Assembly (NCBI GenBank): GCA_963730185.1
Contig: CAVSQW010000007.1
Span: 32,001-96,000 of the forward strand
Direction: 5' to 3'
Source: an uncultured Gemmatimonadales bacterium
GTDB lineage: Bacteria > Gemmatimonadota > Gemmatimonadetes > Gemmatimonadales > GWC2-71-9
Length of the DNA: 64,000 bases
The notes under the pieces were generated by a model. That model did no database searches and was not told the origin of the DNA. It saw only the letters and a list, made by a program, of their open reading frames with translations. Both the position numbers and the translations under genes were made by a program. Below, in pieces: positions 48,868 to 59,664 of the stretch (its first letter is position 1; each line of letters opens with the position of its first letter).

Positions 48868-50808
48868 GTGACCGTCCTATTCCGCGCCGCTCGGCCAGTC
48901 GCCCGAGTCGTGTTCGCCCTGACACTCCTCGCGCCGGCCTCGCTGGTCGCCCAGGGGGGTCTGGATTCCAGCGCTGCAACGCCGACCCGTGGGCTCCGCG
49001 GCCCGGCCGAGCTCGAGGCCTTTCTCGACGGCTTCATGGCCACCGCGCTCCGTGACAAGCACGTGGCCGGGGCCACGGTCTCCGTGGTGAAGGACGGGAA
49101 GCTCTACTTCGCCAAGGGGTACGGCTACGCCGACTGGGACAAGCAGGTCCCGGTCGATCCCGAGACGACGCTGTTCCGGATCGGATCGATCAGCAAGCTC
49201 TTCACCTGGACCGCCATCATGCAGCTGGCGGAGGAGGGCAAGGTCGATCTCGGCGCCGACATCAACACCTACCTCGACTTCAAGATCCCCGATACCTACC
49301 CGGAGCCGATCACCCTCCGGAACGTGATGACCCACACGCCCGGGTTCGAAGAAGACCCCCGCGACCTCTTCACGGAGGACTCGGCCCACGTCGAGCCGAT
49401 GGGCCAGTGGCTTCCGAACCACATGCCGGCCCGGGTTCGGCCGCCGGGCACCTTCTCGTCCTACTCCAACTATGCCACCGCGGTCGCGGGGTACATCGTC
49501 CAACGGGTCTCCGGTCTGTCCTGGGACGACTACATGGATCAGAAGATCCTCGAGCCCCTGGGCATGACCCAGGCGACGGGGCGCCAGCCGCTCCCGGCCG
49601 CGCTCGCCCCGGACATGTCGGAGGGCTACGCCTGGAACGGGGGGCGCTTTCAATCGCACAAGTGGGAGTTCATCGTCGGCGCCAAGCCGGCCGGATCGTT
49701 CAGCGCCAGCGCCACGGCCATGGCCAAGTTCATGATCGCCCACCTGAACAACGGTGAGCTGAACGGCACCCGGATTCTCTCCGATTCGACGGCCCGGGTC
49801 ATGCACGCGCGGCTCTTCGGTCACGATCCCCGGCTCAACGGGTTCGCGTACGGGTTCTACGAGAAGTCGAGCCATGGGCTCCGGATCATCGGCCACGGCG
49901 GTGATACCCAGTGGTTCCATTCCGACCTGGCCCTGATTCCGAGCGAGAACGTCGGGGTGTTCGTGTCGTTCAACACCCAGACGGGCGGGGCCCTCAGCTT
50001 TGGGCCGTTCCTGACCGCGTTCCTGGATCACTACTATCCCGACCCGCCGAAGCCGATCGCGCCGGCCGCCGACGCGAAGGCGACCGCCGGGCGCTACGCC
50101 GGCGAATACGTGTTCAACCGGCGGGGCTACACCACCTACTTCAAGGCCGCGAGTCTGGCGGGGTCCCTTCCCGTGTCGGTGGCCGAGGATGGGGCGCTCC
50201 TCCTGGGCACGCCGTTCGGCCAGATGCGGCTGGTCAAGGTGGACTCCCTCCTCTTCCGCGACCTGACCACCGGCGAGCTGGTGGCCTTCGGCAAGGACCA
50301 GTCCGGCGACATCAAGGAGCTCTTCCTCTCGGCGGCGCCGATGATGGTGGGCGACAAGATGAGCGGCCTCCAGTCGCCCAAGCTGCACCAGTTCCTGCTC
50401 GGGCTCGGCTTCGTGATGTTCTTCGGGATCCTGCTCGCCGCGGTGATCCGGTTCTTTCTTCGCCGGAGCGACGGCCGCCCCGCGCCCGACCGCCCGATCG
50501 TCACCGGCCGCCGGCTGATGGTGGCGGCGGCGCTCGCGATCATCGCGTTCCTGCTGATTCTGGTGGTCGCGGCGTCGTCGAGCCCGGGGTTCATCACCTC
50601 CGACCCGACCTTCGGCCTCAAGGCCCTGCTCGGCCTGCCGGTGCTCTCGCTGCTGTTCGTGCTAGGCGCCCTCTGGGTGCTGGTGACCCAATGGCGGAAG
50701 AGCGCCGGCACCGTTTGGATGCGGCTCCGGCACACCCTGGCCGTGGGGATGGCCCTGATCTTCTTCTGGTCGCTGAATACCTGGAACCTGCTGGGCTGGA
50801 GGATGTGA
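48868..50808 (+). CDS. Serine hydrolase (beta-lactamase/AmpC-like) with C-terminal TM domain
   Basis: GGAGG before GTG48868; FRIGSISK (SxxK), YSN, HGG; about 4 C-terminal TM helices. Confidence 0.9.
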   Translation: MTVLFRAARPVARVVFALTLLAPASLVAQGGLDSSAATPTRGLRGPAELEAFLDGFMATALRDKHVAGATVSVVKDGKLYFAKGYGYADWDKQVPVDPETTLFRIGSISKLFTWTAIMQLAEEGKVDLGADINTYLDFKIPDTYPEPITLRNVMTHTPGFEEDPRDLFTEDSAHVEPMGQWLPNHMPARVRPPGTFSSYSNYATAVAGYIVQRVSGLSWDDYMDQKILEPLGMTQATGRQPLPAALAPDMSEGYAWNGGRFQSHKWEFIVGAKPAGSFSASATAMAKFMIAHLNNGELNGTRILSDSTARVMHARLFGHDPRLNGFAYGFYEKSSHGLRIIGHGGDTQWFHSDLALIPSENVGVFVSFNTQTGGALSFGPFLTAFLDHYYPDPPKPIAPAADAKATAGRYAGEYVFNRRGYTTYFKAASLAGSLPVSVAEDGALLLGTPFGQMRLVKVDSLLFRDLTTGELVAFGKDQSGDIKELFLSAAPMMVGDKMSGLQSPKLHQFLLGLGFVMFFGILLAAVIRFFLRRSDGRPAPDRPIVTGRRLMVAAALAIIAFLLILVVAASSSPGFITSDPTFGLKALLGLPVLSLLFVLGALWVLVTQWRKSAGTVWMRLRHTLAVGMALIFFWSLNTWNLLGWRM

Positions 50809-50811
50809 GGA

Positions 50812-50913
50812 TAGGGAGTAGGGAGTCGGGAGTGGTGAGTAGGGAGTGAGTCGGGAGTAGGCAGTAGGGGAGTTCCCAAGGCCCTGCTCCCTACTCACCA
50901 CTCCCTACTCCTT
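50812..50913. repeat. Heptamer (GGGAGTA-like) tandem repeats with inverted copy; probable bidirectional terminator
   Basis: GGGAGTA GGGAGTC GGGAGTG GTGAGTA GGGAGTG...; 19-bp perfect IR 50828-50846 / 50887-50905; between convergent genes. Confidence 0.75.
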
Positions 50914-53490
50914 TTACTCCCGATCTCTGGTCAAGTCGTCAGCGGCCTGGAGCACCTTCCCCCGCAACCGGGGCGGGTAATCGGGGTGCGCCGCCAGCCA
51001 GTCCCGGACGATCCGGGCCGCCTCGGCGGACCGGTGCCCCGAGAGCGTCGCGCTGACCCAGCCTAACGGGAAGAAGATGTCGCCGGTGGCCTTGACCTGC
51101 TCCAGCAGGTCGAGCGCCGGGGCGATCTCGTGGATCGCGGTGCGGGCTCGGAGCGGATGGTTGAGGTAGCCTAACGCCGACAGGACCCAGGGCTCGTGGC
51201 GCCGGTTGGCGGGATCGGCCAGGCTCTGGAACACGGAATCGCGGCGGGCCGAGTCGGCCGAGAGCGACGGACGGACGAACCGGAACCGGGCCAGGCGGTC
51301 CGGGTTGTCGATCCGGGCCTGCTGGGCGTCGAGGATCGAGTCCGCGTTGGGAACGCTCCGGAGCGCCAGCGCTTCCGCGAGCGCGGTGTACTGCCGCTCG
51401 GCCAGGGGTAGCCCCGGCGGGGTCTCCCGCTTGGCCCAGATCCGTTCCAGCCGGGCGACGCTCGCCGGCGTCGTCGCCATCGAGATCAGGGCGTTCAGAT
51501 ACGACTGTTTCCGCCCGGGGCTCCGTTCCCACGCCAGCCCCTGCCAGAGCACGGTCTCGACCGCCCCGGCCACCGAATCGCGCTGGGCGGGATCGAGGAA
51601 GTGCCAGTAGAGGTCGCCCAGCCCGCCCAGCAGCCGGTCGGCGAGCAGGGGGTCGGCCTCGACCGGCAGGGCTCGGAGCGCCAGGCCAACCAGCACCGGG
51701 GCCGGGGTGACGCGGTACCGCACGTCCTCGTCGAGGGTATTCCAGGCGACGGCCCTGAGCACGGGATCCCGGAGCGTCGGCAGCTCCCGAAGCAGGTCGG
51801 TCCGGCTGGCGGAGTCGAGCACGAACCGCCCGTAGCCCAGGCCGTCGGCGCCGGGCAGCACGAAGCGGGGCGAGCCCGCGGCCGCCGGAAGCTCGACGGT
51901 GGCGGCGCTGTCGGCCAGCTTGACCGACGCCACGGCCGTGGAATCGCCGAGGGGGAAGGCCAGGTCGAGCCGCTGGCTCCAGATCAGGTGGCGGCCGGGC
52001 CAGGTGTCGCGCTGGCGGAGCCGGATCGTGCCCGGCCCCGGGCCGCGTGTCACCACGATGGTGGGCCGACCCGGCTCTTCGACCCAGGCATGGCTCCAGG
52101 CGGCCAGATCCTCGGGACTCATCCCGTCGAGGATCGAAATCAGGTCGGTCCAGGTCGCATTGCCGTAGCGATGCCGGTCTAGATACTGCCGGAGGCCCCG
52201 CTGCATCACCTCCGGACCGATCAGCCGCTCCAACTGCCGCATCACGATCGGTGCCTTCTGGTAGATGATCGCGCCGTAGAGCGACGCGGCGTCGTTCAAG
52301 TTGTCCAGCGGCTGCCGGATCGGGTTGGCCCCGGCGGTCCGGTCCACAGCGTACGCCGCCGGGTGATTGGAGAGGTAGAAGCGGAGTCGTGGTTCACCTC
52401 GGGAAGGCCGGTTCCACGATCTTGGCCGCCATGAAATTGGCGAAGACTTCCTTCATCCAGACGTCGTTGAACCAGTTCATCGTGACCAGGTCGCCGAACC
52501 ACATGTGCGCGGTTTCGTGCGCGATCAGGCTGGCCCGGCCAAGCTGCTGGCTCTGGGTGGCGGACGGATCGAGGAAGAGGCCGCCGGCCCGGTACCAGAC
52601 CGCCCCGGGGTGCTCCATGCCGCCGAACTGGAACGAGGGTACCGCGAAGAAATCGAACTTGCCGAAGGGAAACGGGATCCCGGTATAGGCCTCCAACCAG
52701 CGGAGCGCCCCGGCCTCGAGGTCGAAGATGGCGTCGCGGTTCCGCGCCACCTTGGCCGAGTCGGTCTCGCGATGATAGAGGTGGAGCGTGCGTCCGTCGC
52801 GCACCGCCTCCTCGACGAAGAAGCGGCCGGATGCGAACGCGGCCTGATAGGTGCTGAGCGGCTCCGTCTCCCGGAACTGGAGCACGTGCTCGGAGGCGTT
52901 GCTCGAGTCCCGCGACACCAATGCGCCGTTCGCCACCGCCTGCCAGGCGGCGGGGACCGCAGTCGGAGGGTGTAGCGAGCCTTCAGGTTCGGCTGGTCGA
53001 AGCAGGGGAAGGCGGTCGACGCCCGGTCCGGCACGAAGAGCGTGTAGAGGAAGTCGGGCTGGCGGTTGAGGGCCTGATCGGTGGCCTGGAACGCGACCGT
53101 GATGCCGATCGTCCCGGTGTCGGCCGGCGGGGTGACGACGAGATGGTCGGGGACCCGGCGAAACTCGAGCGGCCGGCCGGCGGCGGTGACCGACCGAACG
53201 TTCTCCGCCGGCGCCTTGAAGTCGAGGATGACCGGCCCGGTGTCGCCGCGGCGATCGAACCGGATGGTCACCGTCCCGGTGACGGGCTCCGATTGGGCGG
53301 CGGGGATCTCGAGGTCGAGATCGTAGGCCACGTGTGCCAGGGTCGCGGCCCTCCGATCGGCGAGCTCCCGAGACACGCCGGGGCCGGGTTCGTCCCGCGC
53401 GGCGCTCCGACAGCCGGCGAGCGTGAGGATGACGAGGAACGGGGCGGCGAACCGGAATCGCCGGTCGAGCGACCTGGGCGTGAATGGCAT
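50914..53490 (-). CDS. M1 family aminopeptidase (PepN-like, ERAP1-like C-terminus), lipoprotein; frameshifts near 52965 and 52385
   Basis: Lipobox LAGC; FPCFDQPNLKA; GGMEHPG; HETAHMWFGDLVTM..WMKE; IIYQKAP. Confidence 0.9.
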
Positions 53491-53682
53491 GACCCAAGAA
53501 TATCGGCCTCGGGGGGCTCGTCCAGGGCCGTGGCCGGGGCGCCGCCGGCCGGCGAGCGTGGCGGGTCGGCGGCCCCCTCGGTACTATCCGGGCCGCGTCC
53601 GTCGTCCGGGCCGGTCCGACCGCGGTGCTCGCTCGGCGCCGGCCCGCAATGGTCCGCCACGACCCGAAGTGAGGAGGAACGG

Positions 53683-54508
53683 ATGGCCCGAAGCCTCGCC
53701 GGAAAGACTCTGTTCATTACCGGCGCCAGCCGAGGCATCGGCCTGGCCATCGGAGTGCGGGCGGCGCGGGATGGCGCCAACGTCGCCATCGCGGCCAAGA
53801 CCGACCGACCCCACCCCAAGCTTCCCGGCACCATTCACACCGCCGCTGCCGAGATCGAGGCGGCGGGCGGCCGGGCGCTCCCGCTGGTGGTCGACATCCG
53901 GGACGAAGCGATGGTCGACGCGGCGGTGGCGCAAACGGTCGAGACGTTCGGAGGGATCGACATCCTGGTCAACAACGCCTCGCGCCATCAGCCTCACCGG
54001 GACGCTCGAGACCCCGATGAAGCGCTACGACCTGATGCACCAGGTCAACGCGCGGGGCACCTATCTCTGCTCCCAGAAATGCATCCCGGCCCTCCGCCGC
54101 GCGGCCAATCCGCACATCCTCAACCTCTCGCCGCCGCTCAACCTGGAGCCGCGCTGGTTCGCGCCCCACGTGGCCTACACCATGGCCAAGTTCGGGATGA
54201 GCCTCTGCGTGCTGGGCATGCACGAGGAGTTTCGGAAGGACGGGATCGCGGTGAACGCGCTCTGGCCCCGGACCGCGGTGGACACCGAGGCGATCCGGAT
54301 GATTCCCGGGGTCGACCGCCGGCGGTGCCGGCTGCCGTCCATCCTGGCCGATGCCGCGCACGCCATTCTCACCCGGGACGCCCGAACCTTCACGGGCCAG
54401 TATTGCCTCGACGACGAGGTGCTTCGGGAAGAGGGGATCACCGACTTCGCCGGCTATCGTCACCCGGGAGTGAGCGAGGACGAGCTGGTGCGGGATTTCT
54501 TCGTCTGA
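53683..54508 (+). CDS. SDR family NAD(P)-dependent oxidoreductase (HSDL2/citronellol dehydrogenase-like); frameshift near 53980
   Basis: GAGGAGG RBS; ITGASRGIG, LVNNAS|AISLT, YTMAK, NALWPRT. Confidence 0.88.
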
Positions 54509-54544
54509 GGTGGCGGGGGTGGAGGGCGGGACAGAACCACCGGA

Positions 54545-54568
54545 ATAGTATACGATATAGTATACGAT
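54545..54568. promoter_or_regulatory. Tandem 12-bp direct repeat with GTATAC cores (GntR-like operators)
   Basis: ATAGTATACGAT x2, exact, 48 bp upstream of the CocE/NonD start. Confidence 0.6.
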
Positions 54569-54615
54569 CGGGCCGCCGCGGGGTGGTCCCGAGCAACTCA
54601 ACCTACGAGAACGCC

Positions 54616-56481
54616 ATGTCCATGCGCCTCCTGCCGCGCCGCGCCGGCCCCCTCGCCGCCGGCTTGCTGATCGCTTCCCTCGCCGCGCCGCTCGCCCTGG
54701 CCGCGCAGCAGGGCAACCCGGTGGCGGATCGCTTCGAGGTGAGCGATGTGATGATCCCGATGCGCGACGGGGTCCACCTCCACGCCAAGATCTACACCCC
54801 CAAGGGCCAGGCCGAGTCGCTGCCCTTCATCATGACCCGAACGCCGTACGGGGTGGAGGGCTCCGCCGGCGCCTTCGTCGCCTACCTCAAGGACCTGGCC
54901 GACGAGGGCTACATCTTCGTCTTCGAGGACATCCGGGGTCGCTACGGGTCGGAGGGCACCTTCGTGATGCAGCGGCCGGCCCGCGCCCCGGGCGACACCA
55001 CCGCGATCGACGAGGGCACTGACACCTGGGACACGATCGAGTGGCTCTTGCACCATGTGCCCAAGAACAACGGGCGGGTCGGGATGCTGGGCGTCTCCTA
55101 TTCCGGCTGGACCACGGTGATGGCAACGCTCGAACCCCATCCCGCGCTCCGGGCGGTGTCGCCCCAGGCCTCCCCGGCCGACATGTGGCTGGGCGACGAC
55201 TTCCATCACAACGGCGCGTTCCGGCTGAGCTACGGCTTCGAGTACGCCACCATGATGGAGACCTCGAAGGAGAACGAGAGCTTCTCCTTCGACCGCTACG
55301 ACACCTACGACTGGTACCTGGGCCTGGGCGCGCTCTCCAACGTCAACAAGAAGTACCTCCACGGGAAGATCCCGACCTGGAACGACTACGTGAACCATCC
55401 CGACTACGATGCCTTCTGGCAGCGGCAGACGATGATCCCGTTCATCCGGAGCGTGAAGGTGCCGACGCTCAGCGTGGCGGGGTGGTGGGACCAGGAGGAC
55501 TTCTACGGACCGATCCGGATCTACGAGGCGCTGGAGAAGTTCGACACCGACCACAAGAACTACCTGGTGGTCGGACCGTGGAACCACGGTGGCTGGTCCC
55601 GTGGGTCGGGCGACAAACTGGGCGACATCCCGTTCGGGAGCGCCACCGGTGAGTACTTCCGGGCCAAGATCCAGGCGCCCTGGTTCGCCTACTGGCTCAA
55701 GGACAAGGGGACCTTGAACTTTCCCGAGGCCCAGACGTTCGAGGCCGGATCCAATCAGTGGCAGTCGTGGGACGCATGGCCGCCCAAGTCACGGACCACC
55801 GACAAGAATCTCTACTTCGGGGCCGACGAGAACCTGAGCTTCAGCGGCCCGAAGGCGGCGAGCGGGTTCGATGCCTACCTCTCGGATCCGGCCCATCCGG
55901 TGCCTTACCGGCACCGCCCCATCCAGGCCACCTACTTCCCGCACGGCTCCGACTGGTACACTTGGCTGCTCGAGGACCAGCGGTTCGTCGACGACCGGCC
56001 CGACGTGTTGAGCTGGGAGACCGAGCCGCTCACCCAAGACGTGACCGTCGCTGGCGACGTCACCGCCCACCTCTTCGCCTCGACCACCGGGACCGACGGC
56101 GACTGGATCGTCAAGCTGATCGACGTCTATCCCGAGGCGGACTCGGCGGACTGGCATCTTTCGGGGTGGCAGCTCATGGTCTCGAACGAAGTGTACCGGG
56201 CCAGGTATCGGAAGAGCTTCGAGAAGCCGGTGCCCCTGGTGGCCAATCAGGTGACCCCGCTCACCTGGAGCCTCCACACCCAGGATTACACCTTCAAGAC
56301 GGGGCACCGGATCATGGTGCAGGTCCAGAGCACCTGGTTCCCGATCATCGACCGGAACCCCCAGAAGTTCGTGCCCAACATCTTCAAGGCGACCGACGCC
56401 GACTACCAGAAGGCCACCATCAAGATCTACCGGTCGGCCCGGTACCCCTCGCACGTCACCGTGCCGGTGGTGAATCGCTGA
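54616..56481 (+). CDS. CocE/NonD family hydrolase (alpha-amino acid ester hydrolase-like), exported
   Basis: Signal peptide; MRDGVHL, RTPY, DIRGRYGSEG, GVSYSG, GWWDQED, GPWNHG, DRNPQKF. Confidence 0.92.
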   Translation: MSMRLLPRRAGPLAAGLLIASLAAPLALAAQQGNPVADRFEVSDVMIPMRDGVHLHAKIYTPKGQAESLPFIMTRTPYGVEGSAGAFVAYLKDLADEGYIFVFEDIRGRYGSEGTFVMQRPARAPGDTTAIDEGTDTWDTIEWLLHHVPKNNGRVGMLGVSYSGWTTVMATLEPHPALRAVSPQASPADMWLGDDFHHNGAFRLSYGFEYATMMETSKENESFSFDRYDTYDWYLGLGALSNVNKKYLHGKIPTWNDYVNHPDYDAFWQRQTMIPFIRSVKVPTLSVAGWWDQEDFYGPIRIYEALEKFDTDHKNYLVVGPWNHGGWSRGSGDKLGDIPFGSATGEYFRAKIQAPWFAYWLKDKGTLNFPEAQTFEAGSNQWQSWDAWPPKSRTTDKNLYFGADENLSFSGPKAASGFDAYLSDPAHPVPYRHRPIQATYFPHGSDWYTWLLEDQRFVDDRPDVLSWETEPLTQDVTVAGDVTAHLFASTTGTDGDWIVKLIDVYPEADSADWHLSGWQLMVSNEVYRARYRKSFEKPVPLVANQVTPLTWSLHTQDYTFKTGHRIMVQVQSTWFPIIDRNPQKFVPNIFKATDADYQKATIKIYRSARYPSHVTVPVVNR

Positions 56482-56493
56482 GGCCCGCGGGTC

Positions 56494-59153
56494 TCAGGGG
56501 GCCTTCGCGGCCGTCGTCTCCTGCGCCGCTGGGGCGCTCCAGAAGTCGGGAGCGCCCTTGGCGTTTCGGGACACCTCGCCGCCGAAGAAGACGGCATTGA
56601 AGAGCACGCGGAAGGTGCCCCAGGTCTGGCCCCGCCACTGGGGCCGGAAGCCCAACAGGATCACGTGGCCGGCGCCGTGGTCGACGTCCAGGGCCGCCGC
56701 GTAGCCGTGCAGTCGGTCCGCGCCCAGCAGATAGCCCGACGCCAGCGCGCTGCCCTGGTCGGCGTACTTGGCCAGCGCCGCTCCGTGAAAGCCGGGTCCG
56801 GTGGTGAAGACCGGGCTGTCGTCGACGAACACGAAGGCCCGCTCGGGCATGCCGGCCATGACCGGATGCGACGGGTCGGTGGTGACCTCGAGGATCGATC
56901 CGCTGGCGAAGAAATCCTTCCGGTCCACGCCTGCCACGACGTTCTTGACCGGCAGGTGGAGCTGCTCGATCGCGAAATCGCTGGTGCCGTTCAGGCACAC
57001 CAGGGTGCCGCCCGCCCGGACGAACTCGTCGAGCGCCCGGACCCCCTCCTCGCCGATTCCGCCTTCGTACCGGGGCGGCACCGTGCCCTTGGAGTAGCCG
57101 TCGAGCAGCAGCCCGGTGTAGTCGGCGGCCAGCACCAGGACATCGAGCCGATCCCGGAGCCGGCCGGCCCGGATGGCGGGGTTGGTCACCCGCTGGTACC
57201 GAAAGCCGTACCGGTCGAGCAGCCACTCGGTCCAGCCTTCGTCCATGCTGGGCGCGAACGGGTGGTACACCCCAATCCGCGCTTTGACCGCCGCGCCGGC
57301 CGCCCCGACCCGCTCGGCCTCGATTCCCGCGGCCGTCGCCCAGCCCTCGACCTCGCGCCCGCCGGAAACGAGGTACTTCCCGCCCGCGAACCGGACCGAG
57401 CCGTCCGCCGCCAGGACCCGGTTCACGATCCGGTACGACTCGTTCTCCGACGGGTCGAGCGCCACGGCGGCCCCCCCGCCCGTCACCCGCCCCGGCGCTA
57501 CCGTGATTCCGGCCGCCACCGGGTTGGTGCGAAGATCGGCGGTGGTCGACGAGTCCCAGGGAATCGGGGTGCCGGTCACCGGGACTAGGGCCGAGCGGGT
57601 CGGGTCGTCGAGCGGCGAGCGGACCTCGACCACGTGGACCCCGGTCAGGTAGGGCAGGGTCCACCCGGCCGCGTCGTAGGGCTGGTCCGGGGGGCCGCCC
57701 GGATAGTCGCGAAGGTCGGGATAGTGCTGGACCTCGAGCACCTGCCGGACCAGCGGCGCGAACTCCTGATCCATCGGGATGACCCAGGTGTCGGCCGGGT
57801 ACTCGATCCCGTCGAACGTCGCCGCTGCCTGGAGCCGGTCGACCCGAATCCCGTTGTACGCCAGGCGCCGGAGCAGCTCGACGGCCGCCATCGGGTCCCG
57901 CTGGCGCCGAGGCACGACGTAGGCGTAGGGCGCCTGGTGGCGGTACCGCTCGATGGTCGCCCGGCCGGACCGGTATCGGTTGAGCATCAGCTGGCGACGG
58001 AACTTGGCCGCGTAGTCGAGCGTCGCGAGCGAGGCCGTCTCCATGTACCCCACCGCGTCCTTGAGCCGCCACCAACCGCCGGTCCAGGGGCTCGAATAGA
58101 GCGACTGGGCTCGGAGATCGCGCATCGACCGGGGAAAGTCCTGCAGGGTGTAGAAGTAGGGCGTGGCGTAGCGGTAGAGCGCCGTCTCGGTCCAGTAGGC
58201 CGCGATGTGCTGGAACATCGGCAGGTAGTCGACGTATCCGGGATACCACGCGTCGTAGCCGTCACCCATGTGGGTCGCCCCGGGCTGGCCGTTGGTCTCC
58301 AGCGCCTGGGCCATCAACATCCCGATCGCGTTCACCTCCCGGGCCATGAGTGGCGGAGTCTCGGTCGCGATCGGCTCGGCGAACGGCGGGAGCCAGATTC
58401 GGGTCGGGAAGGGCGACGTCTGGTGTTGGACGTAGATGATTTGGGGCTCCCACGCTCGCCAGGTGTGGGTCACCACCCGCGACTCCGGCACGTTGAGCAT
58501 GTACGCGTCGCGGTTGTTGTCGTGGCCGATGTACTTCTGGTAGAGCTCGTGGAGGGGCGCCGCCTCGTACGGTGTGCCGACGTTCTCGCGGTACCAGTTC
58601 ACGACGATGTCCTGGCCGTCGGGGTTGAGCGACGGCCAGAGCAGAAGGACCACCTGGTCGAGGATGGCGTCGACGGTCGGATCGTCTCGCGACGACACCA
58701 GGTCGTAGGCGAGCTGGATGGTGTGCTGGGCCCCGGCCACCTCGGATGCGTGTAGCCCCCGCTGATGTCCACGAACGCCTTCCCCTCGGCCACCAGCCGG
58801 GTCGCCTCCTCCTCGCCCAGGTCCGCCGGATGGGCGAGCCGCTGGGCGATCTCCCGGTACCGGTCCAGCTTGGCCAGGTTGGCGGGAGACGAGATCAGCG
58901 CCAGGTACCAGGGGCGTCCTTCCGAGGTCCGGCCCACCTGGATCAGCTTCATCCGGTCGGTGGCGGCAGCCAGCTGCTGGAAGTACCGGATCGACTCCTC
59001 GTAGGTCGCCAGCTTGAAGTCCGCGCCAACCGGGAACCCCAGCACGGACTCGGGGCTGGGGAGACTGCGCTGGGCCTCGACCCGGCGCGCGGGGCACAGC
59101 CCGATCGCGGCCAGCGCCGCGAGCGGGACAAAACGGCGACGAAGTGCGAGCAC
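56494..59153 (-). CDS. M14 family zinc carboxypeptidase with C-terminal GATase-like domain, exported; frameshift near 58757
   Basis: Signal peptide; GRTSEGRP; G|LHASE, LNPDG, HDNNRD, QHQ; DEGWTEWLL. Confidence 0.88.
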
Positions 59154-59255
59154 TTGGTCCTCGTCGTTGAATCGAAAGGGGTGGCTCCGATGGTCCGTGG
59201 CAATCTAGCCAGCCCGCCGGCCCTGGTCGCGGCTCGCCGCGGCCGGAGCGCCGGC

Positions 59256-59309
59256 TCACCTTGCGCGTTTAGGTGACGGACTCTAGTTTCACCTAAGACA
59301 TTTATGTGA
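59256..59309 (+). promoter_or_regulatory. PadR promoter with two operator boxes
   Basis: TTGCGC(59261)-N17-TAGTTT(59284); TCACCT-N9-AGGTGA (59256-76) and TCACCT-N9-ATGTGA (59289-309). Confidence 0.7.
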
Positions 59310-59319
59310 GAGCGCGGCC

Positions 59320-59664
59320 ATGCCGAAAACGTCGCCCGTCGAGCTTCTTCAGGGCACGCTCGACTTCCTCATTCTCAAGACCCTCACCTGGGGTCCGATG
59401 CACGGCTTCGAGATCTCCCGCTGGATCCGGAAGACCACCGACCAGGCGCTCGAGATCGAGGAAGGCGCGCTCTATCCCGCCCTCCACCGGATGGAGCGCC
59501 GCGGGTGGCTCGCGGCGGAGTGGGCTCTGACCGAGAACAACCGGCGGGGTAAGTACTACTCGCTCACCCGCGCCGGGCGCGAGCAGCTCCGGCTCCAGGA
59601 GGCCGGGTGGCAGCGTTACGTCGCGGTGGTCGGCAAGATCGTCGCGGCGGGCAAGGACGCCTGA
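59320..59664 (+). CDS. PadR family transcriptional regulator (acidobacterial type)
   Basis: LLQGTLDFLILKTL, MHGFEI, EEGALYPALHR, ENNRRGKYYSLT. Confidence 0.93.
   Translation: MPKTSPVELLQGTLDFLILKTLTWGPMHGFEISRWIRKTTDQALEIEEGALYPALHRMERRGWLAAEWALTENNRRGKYYSLTRAGREQLRLQEAGWQRYVAVVGKIVAAGKDA

Noticed and set aside
50809..50913. Possible CRISPR array
   Set aside because: Units are 7 bp with no unique spacers and no cas genes
52921..56481. 1186-aa ORF looking like an SDR-CocE fusion
   Set aside because: Caused by the SDR frameshift near 53980 plus GC-rich stop scarcity; the SDR ends at 54508 and the CocE gene has its own signal peptide and upstream element
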